A DNA stretch of 64,000 nucleotides from Tubiluchus corallicola (GCA_030141605.1 JAQGDQ010000071.1:655029-719028), one strand, 5' to 3'. Positions 1 through 28,971 are shown, numbered from the stretch's first letter. Program-made: numbers and translations. Notes: generated by a model not told the origin, from the letters alone.

Positions 1-604
1 TGCGTGCATGCAATATTGTGACAAATTTCCCCATAGGCCAGATACACACAAGAAAATTTTGTAATACGTTTTTATAGGTTCTCTGGAATGAGCCTATATT
101 GTAAGTGTAATGTTGCAGACATATTGCACTATTCTGTAAAAATATTTGCTCGTTATTTGTGCGCGATGCATAAACACTTATCATTTATTTAATCAAAATT
201 GATGATTAAAGCTATAACTGCTGATCTTTTATTACTTGCTGTTTGTGGCATTACAATGGATAAACGTAGTTGTGAGGTGTTTTTACAAAAAAACCTTTGC
301 AACCTTTCCTTAGAAAAATAAACCTCACTTAGCACACCCTCCTCTTAATTTTACATCTTTTTGAATGGCGTACCTAGCAACCGCCTGCTGATTTCTCTGC
401 TCTGATTACCTGGGTGGAAGTGCATTAACTCACCTGTAACTTACACCTGTATTGCCCTGGATATTGATGTTGGGGAATTCCGCGGCAACACATTCTCTTT
501 AGCCGTGTAAATCTTATGTGATCAAAAAACCATTCCGTGTATTTGTAGTAGGGTTGTAAACTTGCTGTAAACTACAATCCAGTCTATCCACTCCTAATAA
601 ATAG

Positions 605-1125
<521 letters not shown>

Positions 1126-3049
1126 AACCGCATATCTGTCGCTCTTTCTGTCTCCTGTTTAATTTTCTATCTCATTTCAAATCTACGTATTTCAGATTAT
1201 CAGAAGTTATTTTGCGTTTCGCTTTTCAATGCGGTATGCACGTCGAATTATTTTCTTGCTGTCTTTCAAGCTTTTAATTTTCCTATTTTTAAAGGCTATT
1301 TTGCTTGAAAAAATGCACAGGATCTAAGCTTTAGTTGTTAAGCTTTGGTAAGACAAATTGTCGTACTTCTGTAAATTAGTTGAAGTACATTAGGCCTAGT
1401 GTGCTTTGGGAATTCGAGTATGCAGAATGTTGTAAGACCTGTGTAGAAGGATGAATGATTCATAATTGCATATGGGAAATTGGGACCACAAAGCATTAAG
1501 AACTGTTGTCGTAGAAGCTGACGAACCGTTGCCCTTGAAGGGCCTTTCTGTTTCTGAATTCCCCATGCAGTGAAGTTCCAAGGTCCTGTGGCTTCCAACA
1601 CTACTACACAGCATTCGTTTGCTGAACAGATTAAACCATGTTATGTTAGGTAGTTTGCTTCAATAAGCTGCTTTAGTGTCCAACTGGATTGGCTCAACTA
1701 ACTGAGCTAAGCCATGTACAAGTATGTACATTTGCTGGAAACTTAATACTTTTGAAATAGAGGTTTCTACATGTTTACCTTGGCGTAGTCTGTCATTGAC
1801 TTTACTTATTAGGCATAAATGGCATCCGCTGCAGTAGCATGCCTCTGAAATAACTTCATTAAATAATCGCTGTTATGGTTTATATTTCTCATCATGTAGT
1901 TTCCAACCTAGAGCGCATGATTGTTTTAAGTTAGGTTTTTACAGGTAGCCTTAATTAAATTCAGAGCAAGAGATAGTAAGATTGTAGCGTTAACTTCTTT
2001 AATCTTGCAAAAGTGCACGAGCACACCATTGGTTAGCAATTAAAATAAGTACTGCAGATAGTTCAGTAAGACTTAATCTTTAACTAAATTTTATACTCTC
2101 ACCGCCAGTTCCTGAAATAGTAGATGATTGTTGTAAACTGAAAACCCTTGTTTCAGTTGCTTTGTTTAAACGAATGCTTGTCTAATTTCTCGAAAAATAG
2201 GGAGTCTGGGCCCTCCATCTTATTTTGCACTGTGAAATCTAACTACTGTGTATACACGTATTAACTCTCCAGGTATAAAATATTTGCACTTGTGTATTTT
2301 GGAGTTACATGTAAGGCGCGATGTTCTCAACAACGACCGAACTATTTACGCGTCAAACGAACGGTGATTTTTCCCTTTTTTCCGCAAAAGTCATAGAACG
2401 GAAATGTAAAGAACCGGACTGTTAGAGTTCTAGACATTACTGTAAAGAAAATTCAACGTAGGTGTTAACAGACAGAATTTTGTTTCCTGGGTGGCTACAC
2501 TTTCTCGCAGTGGGTATTTTCCCGGATAGAATCCAAGCAAATTTTGTAAAAATGTTGCAAACAATTTCCTGAAAAAATCGATTTGTGCAACTACGAGGTC
2601 GCCCCGAAAAAATAAACACATTATTAGAAAGAGAAAGACCGATTGCAGTGTTTGAGTGTTTCGTGTAAGATAATGTTCACTGAACGAAAGGGAAGGGTGT
2701 ACATATTTTGAAATTCTTTTAACATGTGAGTATATTTTGTTGGGCGGCTTTCGCGAAGTCATAGAATTTAACAAAGTTGAGAATGAGAGACACCTGGTTT
2801 AGCGTTTTTATGAAACTCGTGTTTATTGCACGGCGCCAACTAAAGTCGCAATTGGACTAGAAAGAAATTTGTAGCAATGCATTGACGATTGATCTTTCTC
2901 TTCCTTTTATATTAGTGAAAAAAAAGTCAAATGTGTGTCAGGCTGTCGTTAGACGTTGTCCAAGCGTTGTCAGCCTAGGTGTTAAACTTTTTTGTTTGAT
3001 TAACACGTGAGATTGAGGGGGTCTTGAAAGTAATAATCTTAATTATTAC

Positions 3050-3300
3050 CGGGTGGCGTAGTTCAGTGGTATCGTGCTCACTTCTCACTCGCGAGGTCGC
3101 GGGTTCAACTTCCGATCGAGTCATACCAAAGACTTAGAATATGGTATCGCTGGTTCTTCAGCCAAGCACACGGGTTTATCGAAATTACGTGCGGTTATTA
3201 TTGATTGGGACCACCTTGGAAATAAGTATTATTTAAGTGTTACCTAAGGTGTTTTCTCTGGATTATATCATATAAAGTTATCCTACAAGTGTAATCCATG
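3050..3300 (+). mobile_element. tRNA-derived SINE (intronic); 3' boundary approximate
   Basis: A-box-like TGGCGTAGTTCAGTGG and B-box-like GGTTCAACTTCC. No clean tRNA acceptor stem. Followed by GAGTCATACCAAAGACTT..ATGGTA, which from memory resembles a conserved central domain of invertebrate SINEs. Confidence 0.65.
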
Positions 3301-5743
3301 TCTGTGCAGCATTTGTGTACACTCCATCTCGTCCAAACTTGGCTGACTATTAGCTTTGCCAAACTTACCCAGGGAAAACAGAAAGACCACAAAACAGAAA
3401 AGGCAAACTACTTTCTGCTAGAGTAGACCATTGTTTACTCTGGAAGGAGAATTTTTTGGCTTCACATTCAGTTTGCTTTGCCTACTTTTCCCTCACTTCA
3501 TTGTTTCTTCAGTTTTTTATTCATGCGTACTTTGTGAGTCTAGTAATAAGCAAAATTGTTGCCCTCACGCAGATCTAGGTCAGTCAACGTTAGCGATATT
3601 GGCATCCTTGATGGATATCGCTGCCCGGGAATAATGCTGATCGATATGTCGACCAATCGCAGGCGCTGATGGCCAGGAAAAATGGAGCAGCTAATCCTTT
3701 CGGATTAATTGCGGATTATGAGTAGATATTTTAGCGGCTGTTTGTGATTAGATCCCATTGGGCTGTTAATGTCTGTTGGATTAATTAGCGACACGTGCTT
3801 TTCTCAGTAATGAAAATGTGATCATTATTCGATTGCCTATATTTAGCACAATACACACAGTAAGCTCATTATTATTTCAAAGCCCAGCCTTGTCTAATTC
3901 ACAGTGACGTCATAGCTGCTAATGTAAGTAATACATAGAACCCTCAGCACTGAGATGCTGATTTGCCAGTCTCCATAGCATGCGAGACAAAGCTGATAAC
4001 AGTAACCAAAAAAACGAGGTCTGATCTGTACCTGTGCTGGGTTGTTAAAACTTAATGCCGTGGCTTCTTGTTTGGTTCGTAGCACAAGTTTTTTACAAGA
4101 TAGTACGAGATAGTTATCTGCGTTATCTTACAGGCTTTGTTTATAGCAAAATGTTTGAACTGTGAATTTACCAAAATGTAATTTTTAAACTGTGTCTGAA
4201 TTCCTGGCCAAACAAAAGTTGCAGTTTGGAATAAATCTAAGTTGTTATTTGAATTGAAAATGGTTTCCTAAAACTTTGAAGAAAATCCACGTTCGAGGAC
4301 GTCAACGTTAAAATAATATTGAAATAAAGGCGTTAAGGAAAATTAAACAAGTTCCAAGTCTCTGGTTTTGTTTTGTTGATGTATTTAGTTTTCACAAATT
4401 AAGATGCTGACCAATTTTTATTGGTATTTCAACAAATTGCTGCGGCGTTAAGTGCAGTGCTGCCAGCATTGTTGTCAATTTATTTATTATGTGCACAAAA
4501 TAAACAAAAATTTAGTTAATTTTGGTACAGTCTTGCCACTCCATTCTGTTTTAATTGTGCAAAAAACGTGTTTGGGATAATACAACGTCTTCAGAAAAAT
4601 TATAATGTAATTAGCCTTTGACAAGTGCTAGTGTTTTTGCCAAATAAAGCAAGATTACTTTTTTATATACATGTACATTTACTATAAATGTAAAGTGTAA
4701 AGGCAGTATTGAAATACACACAGATATAAGACAGCTGCAACACATAAAGAATTTGCAGTTAAGTTTCAAAAACTCGTTTATATAAAAATTTAAAAATCAT
4801 TTGAATTAACCTATATGTAGTTATGTTATGTAGGCACGTTAACTACAGTGTTTTCAATATTCCTGTTGATCTTATGGGCTTTTTCAACTATTTATAGTGT
4901 ATTCTATTGACACCTGTGGCCTATCCATTAATATCTAATGCTGACTCAGGCAATTCCCCTAGTGGCTTGGAAATCAATACAGTTAAGCTAATACCTTGTT
5001 GGATAATTAAGTTAATCATAGTTATGCAATTGGCATATAATGCGTTGCTGCTAGATCTTGGAATAATAGCGGAGAGAAGGCAGATACCCTGGTGCTAAAG
5101 AAAGCATACATTAAAAATGTTTCCAAAGTATTTATTATGTAATCATTGCCACCATCATTTTCATTTTGTTATTATCATTATTGTAAACATTGAACTGTAT
5201 CACTATTATTGTTATTATTTTTATAAGCTAGGCATATAACTAAATAATCGCTATGATGTGTATCCACCAAGAAACCAGTCCTGATACCAGCCCCTGTTCT
5301 GATTAGACATCTCACCTTGGAGTATCTTTGCTATTAAGCTGGAGGATTATTTTTTGTATTAAACTAAATTTTAGTCCTGCCGCAATTGTCAGGTGTTGAA
5401 TTTTAAACCTCAGCTTGCAGAGGGCTAAACTATTTAAAATTGTTGTTTCTTGAACGTTTGACTGATTTCAAAAGGATTATTTTCTCTGCCAATGATTGTC
5501 TTCAAAAAGTGTGTAGGCTTTCTAATGTATATAATTTTTATTTTACTGTAAAAATACAGAAAATACATATCAGTTCTGGTCAAGTATGTGTATATGTATA
5601 TGTTAGTCCAGTAAATACAAAAGTGGCCACCTTTGGATGTCCATGACTTGCAGTTCCATAAATGTACCCTGCCATTTGGATACTATGTATTCAGAGCAGA
5701 TGCTTTAGTTAGCTATTTACACATTTTCATTTCTGTATTGCAG

Positions 5744-19569
<13,826 letters not shown>

Positions 19570-19726
19570 TATCAGGTACATTGTTTTTTGTTTTGTTTTT
19601 GTCGTAATTTTTTTCTCCAGGGTGGCAAAGAAGTTACTTAAGTTGAATTGAGTTCTTTGAATTTAAGAAATGAGTGTTTAGTCCAATACGTACAATGACA
19701 CATAAATCTTATAAAGTACTATACTT

Positions 19727-19789
19727 TCTCCTCTTTCCCTCCCTCCCTCTCTCCCTTTTCTCCCTCTCTCTTCCTCTCTCCCTCTCTTC

Positions 19790-19820
<31 letters not shown>

Positions 19821-19830
19821 ACTCACTCTC
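19727..19830. repeat. CT-rich microsatellite
   Basis: Pyrimidine (CT)n/(CTCA)n tract downstream of the calcineurin stop. Confidence 0.9.
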
Positions 19831-20892
19831 TGTGATTTACTGTTTCTGATCTGCTAGTTTATAAATTCAAAATGCATTTTACAATTAATATCTGTTTTAT
19901 TTTTATTTGTTGCAGAAACTTTCATTTCTGAGTTCCGTTTCACGTCATTCTGGTCACACTTAACAACACATGCACATTCACAATATTAATGAAATAAACA
20001 AAACAGATGTGGCATTCACTCGTGAAACATTACCAAGTATGGTCGAGCAGTGATGAAGCTACATCTGCCATCACGTACTGTGTTACTATGATCTGTTTTT
20101 TGTCTCAGAAAAGCTATTGTTTTGCTACGTTATTACGTTATTAGTCAGTTGTTGTTTTTGAGTTTTCACTATTTGTACAGTGTTCACAACACTATAGTTT
20201 TAACTTGTTGAATTTATTCATGTCCGTCATGCTGAATGCACAAGGCTTTTGATTCACATCATCAAACTAAAGCATTTTATGTATAACTTGTTAACATCTA
20301 GTAATTTTTAGTTTATTTATTTATATTTGCGTGCAGCTACCTCATTATTTCGCACTTGTTTTGTAACACAGTTTGTGAGTGGCTGGTATTGGGTGGCCCA
20401 CTGGCCAATGGCCAGTCAGAAGTGCCTTTTCAGAATGTAGGCTGAATCAGCATTTCTGATTAATAGTTGTTAATAGCAACTGTCTTTAGTCAGTTAATTT
20501 TGACAGACATTACAAGAGTAGGTCACTTGTAAAATATTAGACAATTGAGCTGTGACATTGAATGTGATTGGTTGATTTTGTGATCTGGAAACTGTATGAT
20601 CAGCCACTGAACTTCATTTGCTATTTCATCATTAGTTATTATTATAAGTATTCTTATTGTAATTTTTCACCTATTCGCATGTGTCACCTTCCCCGTTCCC
20701 TTCAAAATGAGCTACTTCATTTCTTTCGACTGGCCAAGATGGAGCGTCTCATTTTGTCGAAGGGGTGTGACTGTTTTTTTATCATCACTTGGGTATTTAA
20801 CTTACTTATTAACTTATTCATGGAAAACTAAAACAGTATACAAGGAATATTTCCATGATATTGTTAATATTTCTTGCAAATGCATGCATGTT

Positions 20893-20898
20893 AATAAA
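20893..20898 (+). terminator. Candidate polyadenylation signal of calcineurin A
   Basis: AATAAA, then ATTAAA and U/GU-rich sequence. Other AATAAA hexamers exist (e.g. 19993, 22994), so the real site is uncertain. Confidence 0.3.
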
Positions 20899-23800
20899 GC
20901 CTTTCAGTTTATTAAAGGATTCTTTGTGATACTGGTGTAAAATGTCAGTTGTCACGGACTTGAGTGAACAATATATATATGTCTGCGAAGGTGGGTAGCA
21001 AGTTATTTCGTAAGTTGCTTGAATATGGTGTTAAAGAACATTTCTATGAAAGTACGAATTACCATTACCATTGTAAATTTTCTAATTATATTTATGAATA
21101 TAATATATAATGTATAATTAATATATTAAAACTTCCACAATGCAAGGCGAAACTGTGCACAATATGCGTGCCAGGCTTTCTCGTTGCTACTAGCAATGTA
21201 TGTGTGCCTCGTGTGGAAATCTTTTTATCATTTTTGGAATAATATATTATTGGTATTGAGAGGCCAGAGATCTATAAACTGAACTTGTTTAATATATAAA
21301 TATAAATGGATTGTTCTCTTGTTTGCATTTCTATTTATTTCTCAAATTTTTGATGAACTTGTTTTCGATTCTGATTTTCGTTATAAATTTTATAAATATT
21401 CTGGTCGTGTATGATGTCTTCTGTAAGAGAAGGTCTTGCAGGCTTGTTGCAGGAATTTAGCGAGTACACTCGAACGTTGCACTCACACACTACACTCACA
21501 GTGCCGTTACCGTTTAGGTTTCTGTCTTCCATTGTGAGTATAGTGAAGTAACTAAGGCAACAGAATTTGTTTATTACATAATTTTTAACCTATGCATTTT
21601 TTGGTGTGACGTGTATATGTGAATTAAATGTTCAGCATTTGAATTTTATACATGTTTTCCATCTGCTTTCAAGCTATTGTGTCATTGATATTGCAGCTTG
21701 TTATTTGGAATTTGATATTTAAATACTAGTATTTAGTAGTAGTGTCATACATAGTGTTTTTCTTGCTAACTTCTTAAGTGCACAATATATTGCCAGACTT
21801 CATCTTTAAATCGCAGATGAAAGCAGTAATTTCATGCCTGTGTATATACTTTGAATATTTTGATAAAAAGAAACAATTGGTGTACTAGCTTATTTTTAGC
21901 CAAACTTGTTCCGTTTATTCACACATTGTAAAATTTGTTGATTTATCATTACTTGCCTTTAATCTGCATTTCGTTGTGGTTACCTGTTTACTTTTATACT
22001 AAAGTTCGTTGTTACATATAAAGTTCCCACATGTAAGTGGGAATTGTACAGTTTATTAATTTACACATCAATTAGTGAAGCTGTCAAACTTGCCCAGTCA
22101 AAATTAATCTTTACTATCAAATTTTGTATATAGTTGGTTCATGTCTGAGTTTGGTTAGTATCCCATTTGTGTGATTTTTTTTCGTTTTACGTAAACTTTA
22201 CATTTCAAAAGACGTCATGTGTTCTGGCTATCCGCAGTGTAATAAATACAAGATTTTTTGCTTATTTTTTGCAATTTGAATGTTGATAGAACTAAAGTAC
22301 TCTTCAAAATTCGTAGATGCTATTCTTGTGTGAATTTTACCGCAGTTATTATAAGTGCTTCATAGTGTTTATCTTTCCATTTTGACACTTTCTTATACTG
22401 TTCTTTTAATTAAATAAGTAATGTGGTTAATTAATCGCAAAAATCTCTCATTATCAAAAGCCTGATAACCTCAGCTGCCTAGATTTGAGATAGTTTATTC
22501 CAGATAGTTTAATCCTATATTCCAAAACAATATAAGATTAGTTTTTATTTGGCAAATCTGGAGTAAAGAGTAGTAGCTAAAGTTACTTAAGTAATATCTG
22601 TTCCATGTTTAGTTTTATGAAGCTCTTCCAGATTACTTTGCAATCATTTTTGCATGTCAGCTTGACTAGGTGCCTGTACAACTATGATTTGCTGAATATC
22701 AATGGGTGTTGAGCCATATGCTGAATTAGTCTGTGAAATTGTAGAGTTAATATAAAAAAGCTGAAGTACACATGGTTGTCTTTTTAAAATGTTAAGATTT
22801 TTCTCCTACTTAACTTAAAATCTCTTCTTTGTCTAAATCTAAAACACACAACTTTAAAATGATGTCAGTAAATTGTAATTTTATGTGTTTGCTGTGTTGA
22901 TACTGATAATAACAATTACACTGTATAAAACGTTTAGTGCATGCTGTTGTTTTATTCTTGTTTATTTAAACTTTAACTATATTTCTGTGTTACAATAAAT
23001 GAACTCAAAACAGAAAATGCAATGCCTTATATGTTTAAAATTCCTGGCAAGAGCAAGGGGGTATTTTACAGTACAATTCTAATGTTGTATATGATAGATA
23101 TCATGAAGCAACATATTTTTATCATAATAGCTTATTGCCACACACACTAACATTTCTGGAAGTCAGTGATCAAAAGTTATATTACTGCATACCTAATTGC
23201 TCAGTTTAACAATATTAAATTATAAATCTACTCGTATTTTGCTTAATAAAAACTTTAATTTGCAAACAATATGCAGCCAATAATATGCTAGAATCTGTTT
23301 TGTTTCTCGTGTCAAGTCAAACTCATGTACACAACCTTTTAAGATCACTCTCCACAGTAAGAACAGTGACACATGGGGACCTCGTGTTAAAATTAATGCT
23401 TTAGTATTTACAGTGAATTGCAGCTTTGTATTATGTATAACAAATAGATATCAGTTGTCAGAGTTTCACAATGTAGTGAAATGAAAAAGTGAACTCATAC
23501 AGTATCATGCTGAGTGCATTTGATGCTGCTCATTGTCTAATAATCAAAATACGAGAAAAAATTCACTAATAATTCTTGTTGCTGGTGTTGATCAAATGCA
23601 CTAATCTTGTAATCTGATGTGACTTATCAAATGCACTTTCATTGTTTCTTTCATACACGTTCCTTAATCATTGCCTTCTTTTTGGTTGTTAAATGTACGG
23701 TGTCATTTTGAGTAATTTATCTTACTTAGCTGTCCACATTGTTTTTCATTTGACAGGTAGTTTTGATTTTTGTTAAGCGGCCATGCAATTTGTTTTTTTT

Positions 23801-24223
23801 ACAGAAAAAGTGGCAATTTGTTAACATTCTACTTTATTTACTCTCATTTTATGTGTCTGTTTATGTGCGTAATGTATAGGTATTGTAAATTTTTTTCGTA
23901 TTATGCTACTCTAATTTTTTTTCATTAAATTTCTATTTATGTGCAAGTTGCTGCAAATCTTTTAGGTGCTAATCGATGAAATAAAAGAAATGTTCACCTT
24001 CCATGCAAATAATTATATGTAAGTCTTAGTAAAATTAATAGTTGATCACTACAGCAATTTACCGTTAAAAATAATTAACAATGTTAATACTCAATTAAAA
24101 ATTATTCGCAAATGAGCATAACCATTAACCAAGCCTAGCCCTAAGTGTCCAACGTGAGACTCGTCGTAAATATTCCGTCAATGTGTTACCAAGTGATTGG
24201 CTTTCCTGTTGAAGATATCCCGT

Positions 24224-26347
24224 AATGCTTATTGGGGAATCGCGACGTGACGTGCAGAAATTGCTGAAATTCTAAACAATATTTTAAAAACAGGCACATT
24301 TCCGCAGGATATTCATAAAGGAATACTTATCCCTTTACCCAAGCCAGGTAAGAAACGAGGTCCTATATAAAATCTTAGACCATTGATGTTGCTTACACTA
24401 CTATACTAAGGAAGATCTGTACCGTTACCGTCGAAGGATAGAGGTTAAGCATACATAGCTTATAAACCTCTCCACTCTTCCTTGTTTACTTTGTCAATAT
24501 TAAGAATACATAATGGGTGGCGACACTACGATCACGAAGCGAAGCATAGGGTTTCTTGTTGCCATTGTGGCAACCTGGGGTCTATATATTTTTCAGCATT
24601 GTTTTTCCAAAATCTATGGAGACGAGACTTAAACTGGGCAGGATTGGGTGCTTGTATTACATGGTCAGGCAGCTTGTTCCACTCATTAATTACTCGCCTT
24701 GCGAATGTGAATCTTCTTCTGTTCCACCTTTTGGGAACTGTTCTCTTCTTGATTTTGTAGGAGTGACCTCTGGTACCATGATATGTCTGTCGGTGAAAAA
24801 ATATTTCACTGTTGATGGTTTCTATGCCTTTAAGAATACGGAATGTTTGGATTAAATCTTGTCTTTTGCGTCTGTATTTCAGAGTTGTAAGGCCGAGAAT
24901 CTTAAGTCTTGCAACATACGGTAAATGAGAAATGGCAGGTACAAGTCTAGTAGCTCGACGTTGTATACTTTCAATTTTTCTTATCATGTCTTGACGATTT
25001 GGGCTCCAAATCACATCACCATAATCCAGAATAGGACGAACGATTGATTTATATAGTTTGGTCGCCACTGTATGTTGACTAGGATCTATGACAGGTTACA
25101 CACTTACATTCCAACAAGCCAAGCAGCATATCAACCAGGACGGAATACTACTGAATTAGTACAAGCCTGTAAATTACTAGCCGGAAAAGCCATCTCTTCT
25201 GCTGATTACTCAATACATATTCATGATCGATATGTCAAAGGCCTTTGATTGTGTGCGGAGAAAAACTCTGCTATGCTGCCTGGAAGAAATCCTTGAACCT
25301 GATGAAATATACATCATAAGTATAATGTTAGAAAATTTATTAATTCAAGTCAGGTGTGAAGGGAAATTGAGTCAGCCGTTTTCTACAGACAAAGGAGTAC
25401 CTCAGGGTGACTGCCTAAGCCCTGTACTTTTCACTTTATATCTTGCCATAGCTCTCACTGAGGACAAAGTTATACCATTGAAAGACCTAGAAGATCACAA
25501 CTACACAATTCTTGATCCTGAATTAATACCGAATGAAGTAAGACAAGAATGCAGTTACAGTTCTCTACAAAGTAAGTCAACTACTATATCTATGCAGTAT
25601 GCTGATGATGTGGCATGGATTACAAGAAACAAAGAAGACGTAGATGAAATAAAAAACTCAATAGAGGAGAAACTGAACAGAATGGATCTCATTGTAAACA
25701 AAAATAAAACTGAAGAGTTTCACATAACACGCCATGGTGATGAATCATGGCAAAGATGCAAGTATCTCGGTAGTCTGCTGACAACAGAAGACGACATATC
25801 AAGACGGAAGATAATGGCATTATCAGTTTACTCAAAACTTAAAAAAATTTCTTTGGAAACAAAAATTAGAATATTCTCAGCCTTAGTTGAAACTGTATTT
25901 CTATATAACTCTGAGCTCTGGACATTAAAAGCAAATCATAAAGCTGAAATCGATGCGTTTCAAAGGCGAAATTACAAAAACATGTTGGGTATTAGATGGC
26001 CAAAGAAAATTTCAAACAAAGATCTATATGAAACAATAAAAGAAGAACCTTGGACAAGAAAAATAAAAAGACGCCGTTTAAGATGGATTGGGCATATGCT
26101 TAGACTACCTGATGATACTCCAGTGAAGATAGCTCTTCAACAAGCCATAGAACCAGCTAAAAAACCTGCAGGAGGACAAATGTTAACATATTTAGATTTT
26201 GCACAAAAAGATTTAAACACTTTAGCATTGATCCTTAGAAATAAATCTACTTGGGGCATTGCGGCGAGCAGGGAGTCCTGGCATAGGGAGGTGAACAGAA
26301 TCATGTCACTGGATGTGTGATTCATTGGATCATGATGATGATGATGA
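24224..26347 (+). mobile_element. 5'-truncated RTE-clade LINE (reverse transcriptase), interrupted by a CR1 fragment
   Basis: GILIPLPKPGKKRGP*NLRPLMLL (24320-24395), QAAYQPGRNTTE, IDMSKAFD, GVPQGDCLSPVLF, YADD, KYLGS, IKRRRLRWIGHMLR. (GAT)n 3' tail at ~26328-26347. Contains a stop and a frameshift. Confidence 0.92.
24422..25067 (-). mobile_element. 5'-truncated CR1-clade LINE 3' end, inserted antisense into the RTE
   Basis: LYKSIVRPILDYGDVIWSP..IESIQRRATR..TRGHSYK..FARRVINEWNKLP. 3' hairpin GAGGTTTATAAGC/GCTTAACCTC and ACGGTA-repeat tail. CTGTA duplicated at 24417-24421 and 25068-25072. Confidence 0.92.
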
Positions 26348-27300
26348 CATAGAGGAATTACAAGATGCAGAATGTACGATCAGCTGCCGTTTAGAAAAAT
26401 ATAATCTTAAAGTCAGCAATAGAAAGACTGAAGAATACCATATTCGAAGAGGAGGTAATTATTCATGGAAATGATGTAAATACTTTGGTGGCTTGTTAGA
26501 CACCGAAGCTGACATACAAAGAAGGAAATTTCTTACATTGTCTGATTATACAGATGTCAACGGTTTTTGAAAACAATAGACTGTCTCTTGAAACCAAAGC
26601 CCAGATCCTTTCATCTTAGTTGAATCTGTGTTTTTGTACAGTGTTGACCTATGGGCAATAAAATTTAAGTAACAGAAGGAAATTGGCACTTTTCAAAGAC
26701 ATCTCTATAGAAATTACTCGCAATTAAATGGCCTGACTGAATATCTGCTTTACAGTCTTTTTTACAATGACATCAGGACCTAGAGTTCAACTCGTTAAGG
26801 TCCCTTCTCATATTCATTTTAAATTTATCGATAGCGTTTGATGATCAGTATAATGTGGTGAAGAAGAATCCTTGGAGTAAACAAATACAAGTAAGAAGAT
26901 TGCTTTGGTTTGGTGGCAGCAGTGCATAATGCGTGGCATCAACAAGTGAGATGGGCCGTGTTATTTTTAGAACATAGCAGCACAGAAACGACGACGAACA
27001 TATTTTAATATTCCTTGGTTCAAACGACTTTAGTCCAAAAGTCGAGCTCCGAACATCAAGATGGCTAGCATATGTTCTCTAATTACCAAGTAAAGCATAA
27101 GTAAGAATTGCCTTAAAGGAATCCTTAAAGAACCTTGCAAAAAACCATATGTCAAATGAAAAACAACGTGGACAGCTAAGTAAGATAAATAAAGATGTTC
27201 AATAACTTTAACCCATTTATCTTTAGGAGTAGAAGAACTTACCGCACTAGCTGCAGATAGGAGTAGATGGAATGCTCTAATGAATGGTAATGCCTCAATG
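26348..27300 (+). mobile_element. Older degenerate RTE-like RT fragment, present in all three units
   Basis: LEKYNLKVSNRKTEEYHIRRGGNYSWK*CKYFGGLLDTEADIQRRK with stops and frameshifts. Homologous to 43500-43605 + 44610-45085 and 57888-57993 + 58997-59470. Confidence 0.8.
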
Positions 27301-28971
27301 TCTACAACAGATGGAAGAGACTTTGAAGACCATCTTTTATTTTAGAATTCTGACTGCCTAGTGGGTCACTGATTCAAACCCAGGCTCAGTGTAGTCAAGT
27401 TTGATACCAAAATTCAGCAGTTGAGGTTTTATATAAACACATTTTATTTTTCATGACCTTTAGTATTAAAAAAAATCTGATTGATAAACATTAGTAAGGA
27501 ATTGTGCAGTTACTGTGTTTAGGTAAATACGAGGGTCAAGCACATATAAGCACATATTTAAAACAGTTTAAACAAGTGTCAGAAATAATGCTTGGGCCTT
27601 TATTTGCTTTAATTGTCTTCGAACATTGAGAAACGTCCAGCTGAGATTTAGTAGCGCTTAAACTGTACAGACCGTGAAAAGAACCTACCGATCATTAAAC
27701 TAGATCAGTGTCGTAATAAACTTGAATAATTTCCATTGTCAAATCTGTGGTGAAATTACAATCAAGGTGAATAAGGTAAATAACAAGTATGATTGATCTG
27801 CTCTCATCTGACCTACTAATTCGCGTTAATTAAGCGGTTCTTTAACATAATTGTGCTACGTTATTAAATATGAGAGTCGTAATTAGGTTTAACGATAGGC
27901 TATTTGATTAATTCCGCCTTAGGAATGAGTAAGTACTATAATATAATGTTCACACATTTACATTCAGATATCCACATTTTAACAGCGACAGTGCATCAAC
28001 AACAATCTAGTGATACAAATGTTAAACTAAAACATTACTGAAAGTTTACGATTTTGTAGTTTTTATAAGTTTCTGTGCTATATATGCCCCCATCCCTCCC
28101 ACTCCTAGCATTCATCAGACATTTCAACAGATAGTACATATACTTCATATACATCTTCGTCATTGATTGGGATTGTAACACTTCATTAATAAATATTTAT
28201 GCTGGTTTTTCAAAATGTTTATTTGTAACATAGTATTTGTTCTTCATTTTTGTATAGTCATTGACATAAAACAGTGCAATAGCTTGTGCATATGAGCTAG
28301 TAGTGTAATCAGTGTCTGCCAAATTGAAGCCTGACTCAGACCTGAATAATAAAAGACTGTCGAAAGGTGTTTAGGACGATTGCCTTATACAGAGGGAGAG
28401 GAAAGGGATTACAAAGTAGAGTACACAGATGTCCTGTTCTCATAAAGATCTGAATAATTAGTATGTAGAGTAACATTCGTTTCTGGCTATTGAAGTTTGC
28501 CTTTACAAATACGCTGTATCAGTTTGCTACACGACACAGATTACATGCTCACCCCAATGCTCAACTCAAACCAGCAGTATGCTAAGAATCCAGAAGTACA
28601 TGCCGCATACACGCCGTACATACATAACATACGTTCATAGATAGAATACATGTGCACATAGCTCCACAATTGATTACCTGCATATGTTATCACAAGTGGT
28701 ATTTCCAGCGATTTAATTTGCTCATCATTATTTTTTGTCTGTTTATCATTACCATGCCCACTAGAACATAAATATAATTTACATTTTTAAGTATGTCAAC
28801 TTTAGAAATGTCGTGATCCACATAACAGCACCTCTTTGAACTTTTGGAAGTTTAAAATTAGAACATTGCACTGAGTGCAGTCAGAGTGCAAAAATCAGGC
28901 TTAAGGCGTCTGAAATCATTAGGTGAAGTGTTAAATGTTTTAAGTTTTTTGGTAGATGTTTACGATCTAAC

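Noticed and set aside
3050-3125. tRNA gene
   Set aside because: Has A/B boxes but no convincing acceptor stem, and continues into SINE-like body sequence.
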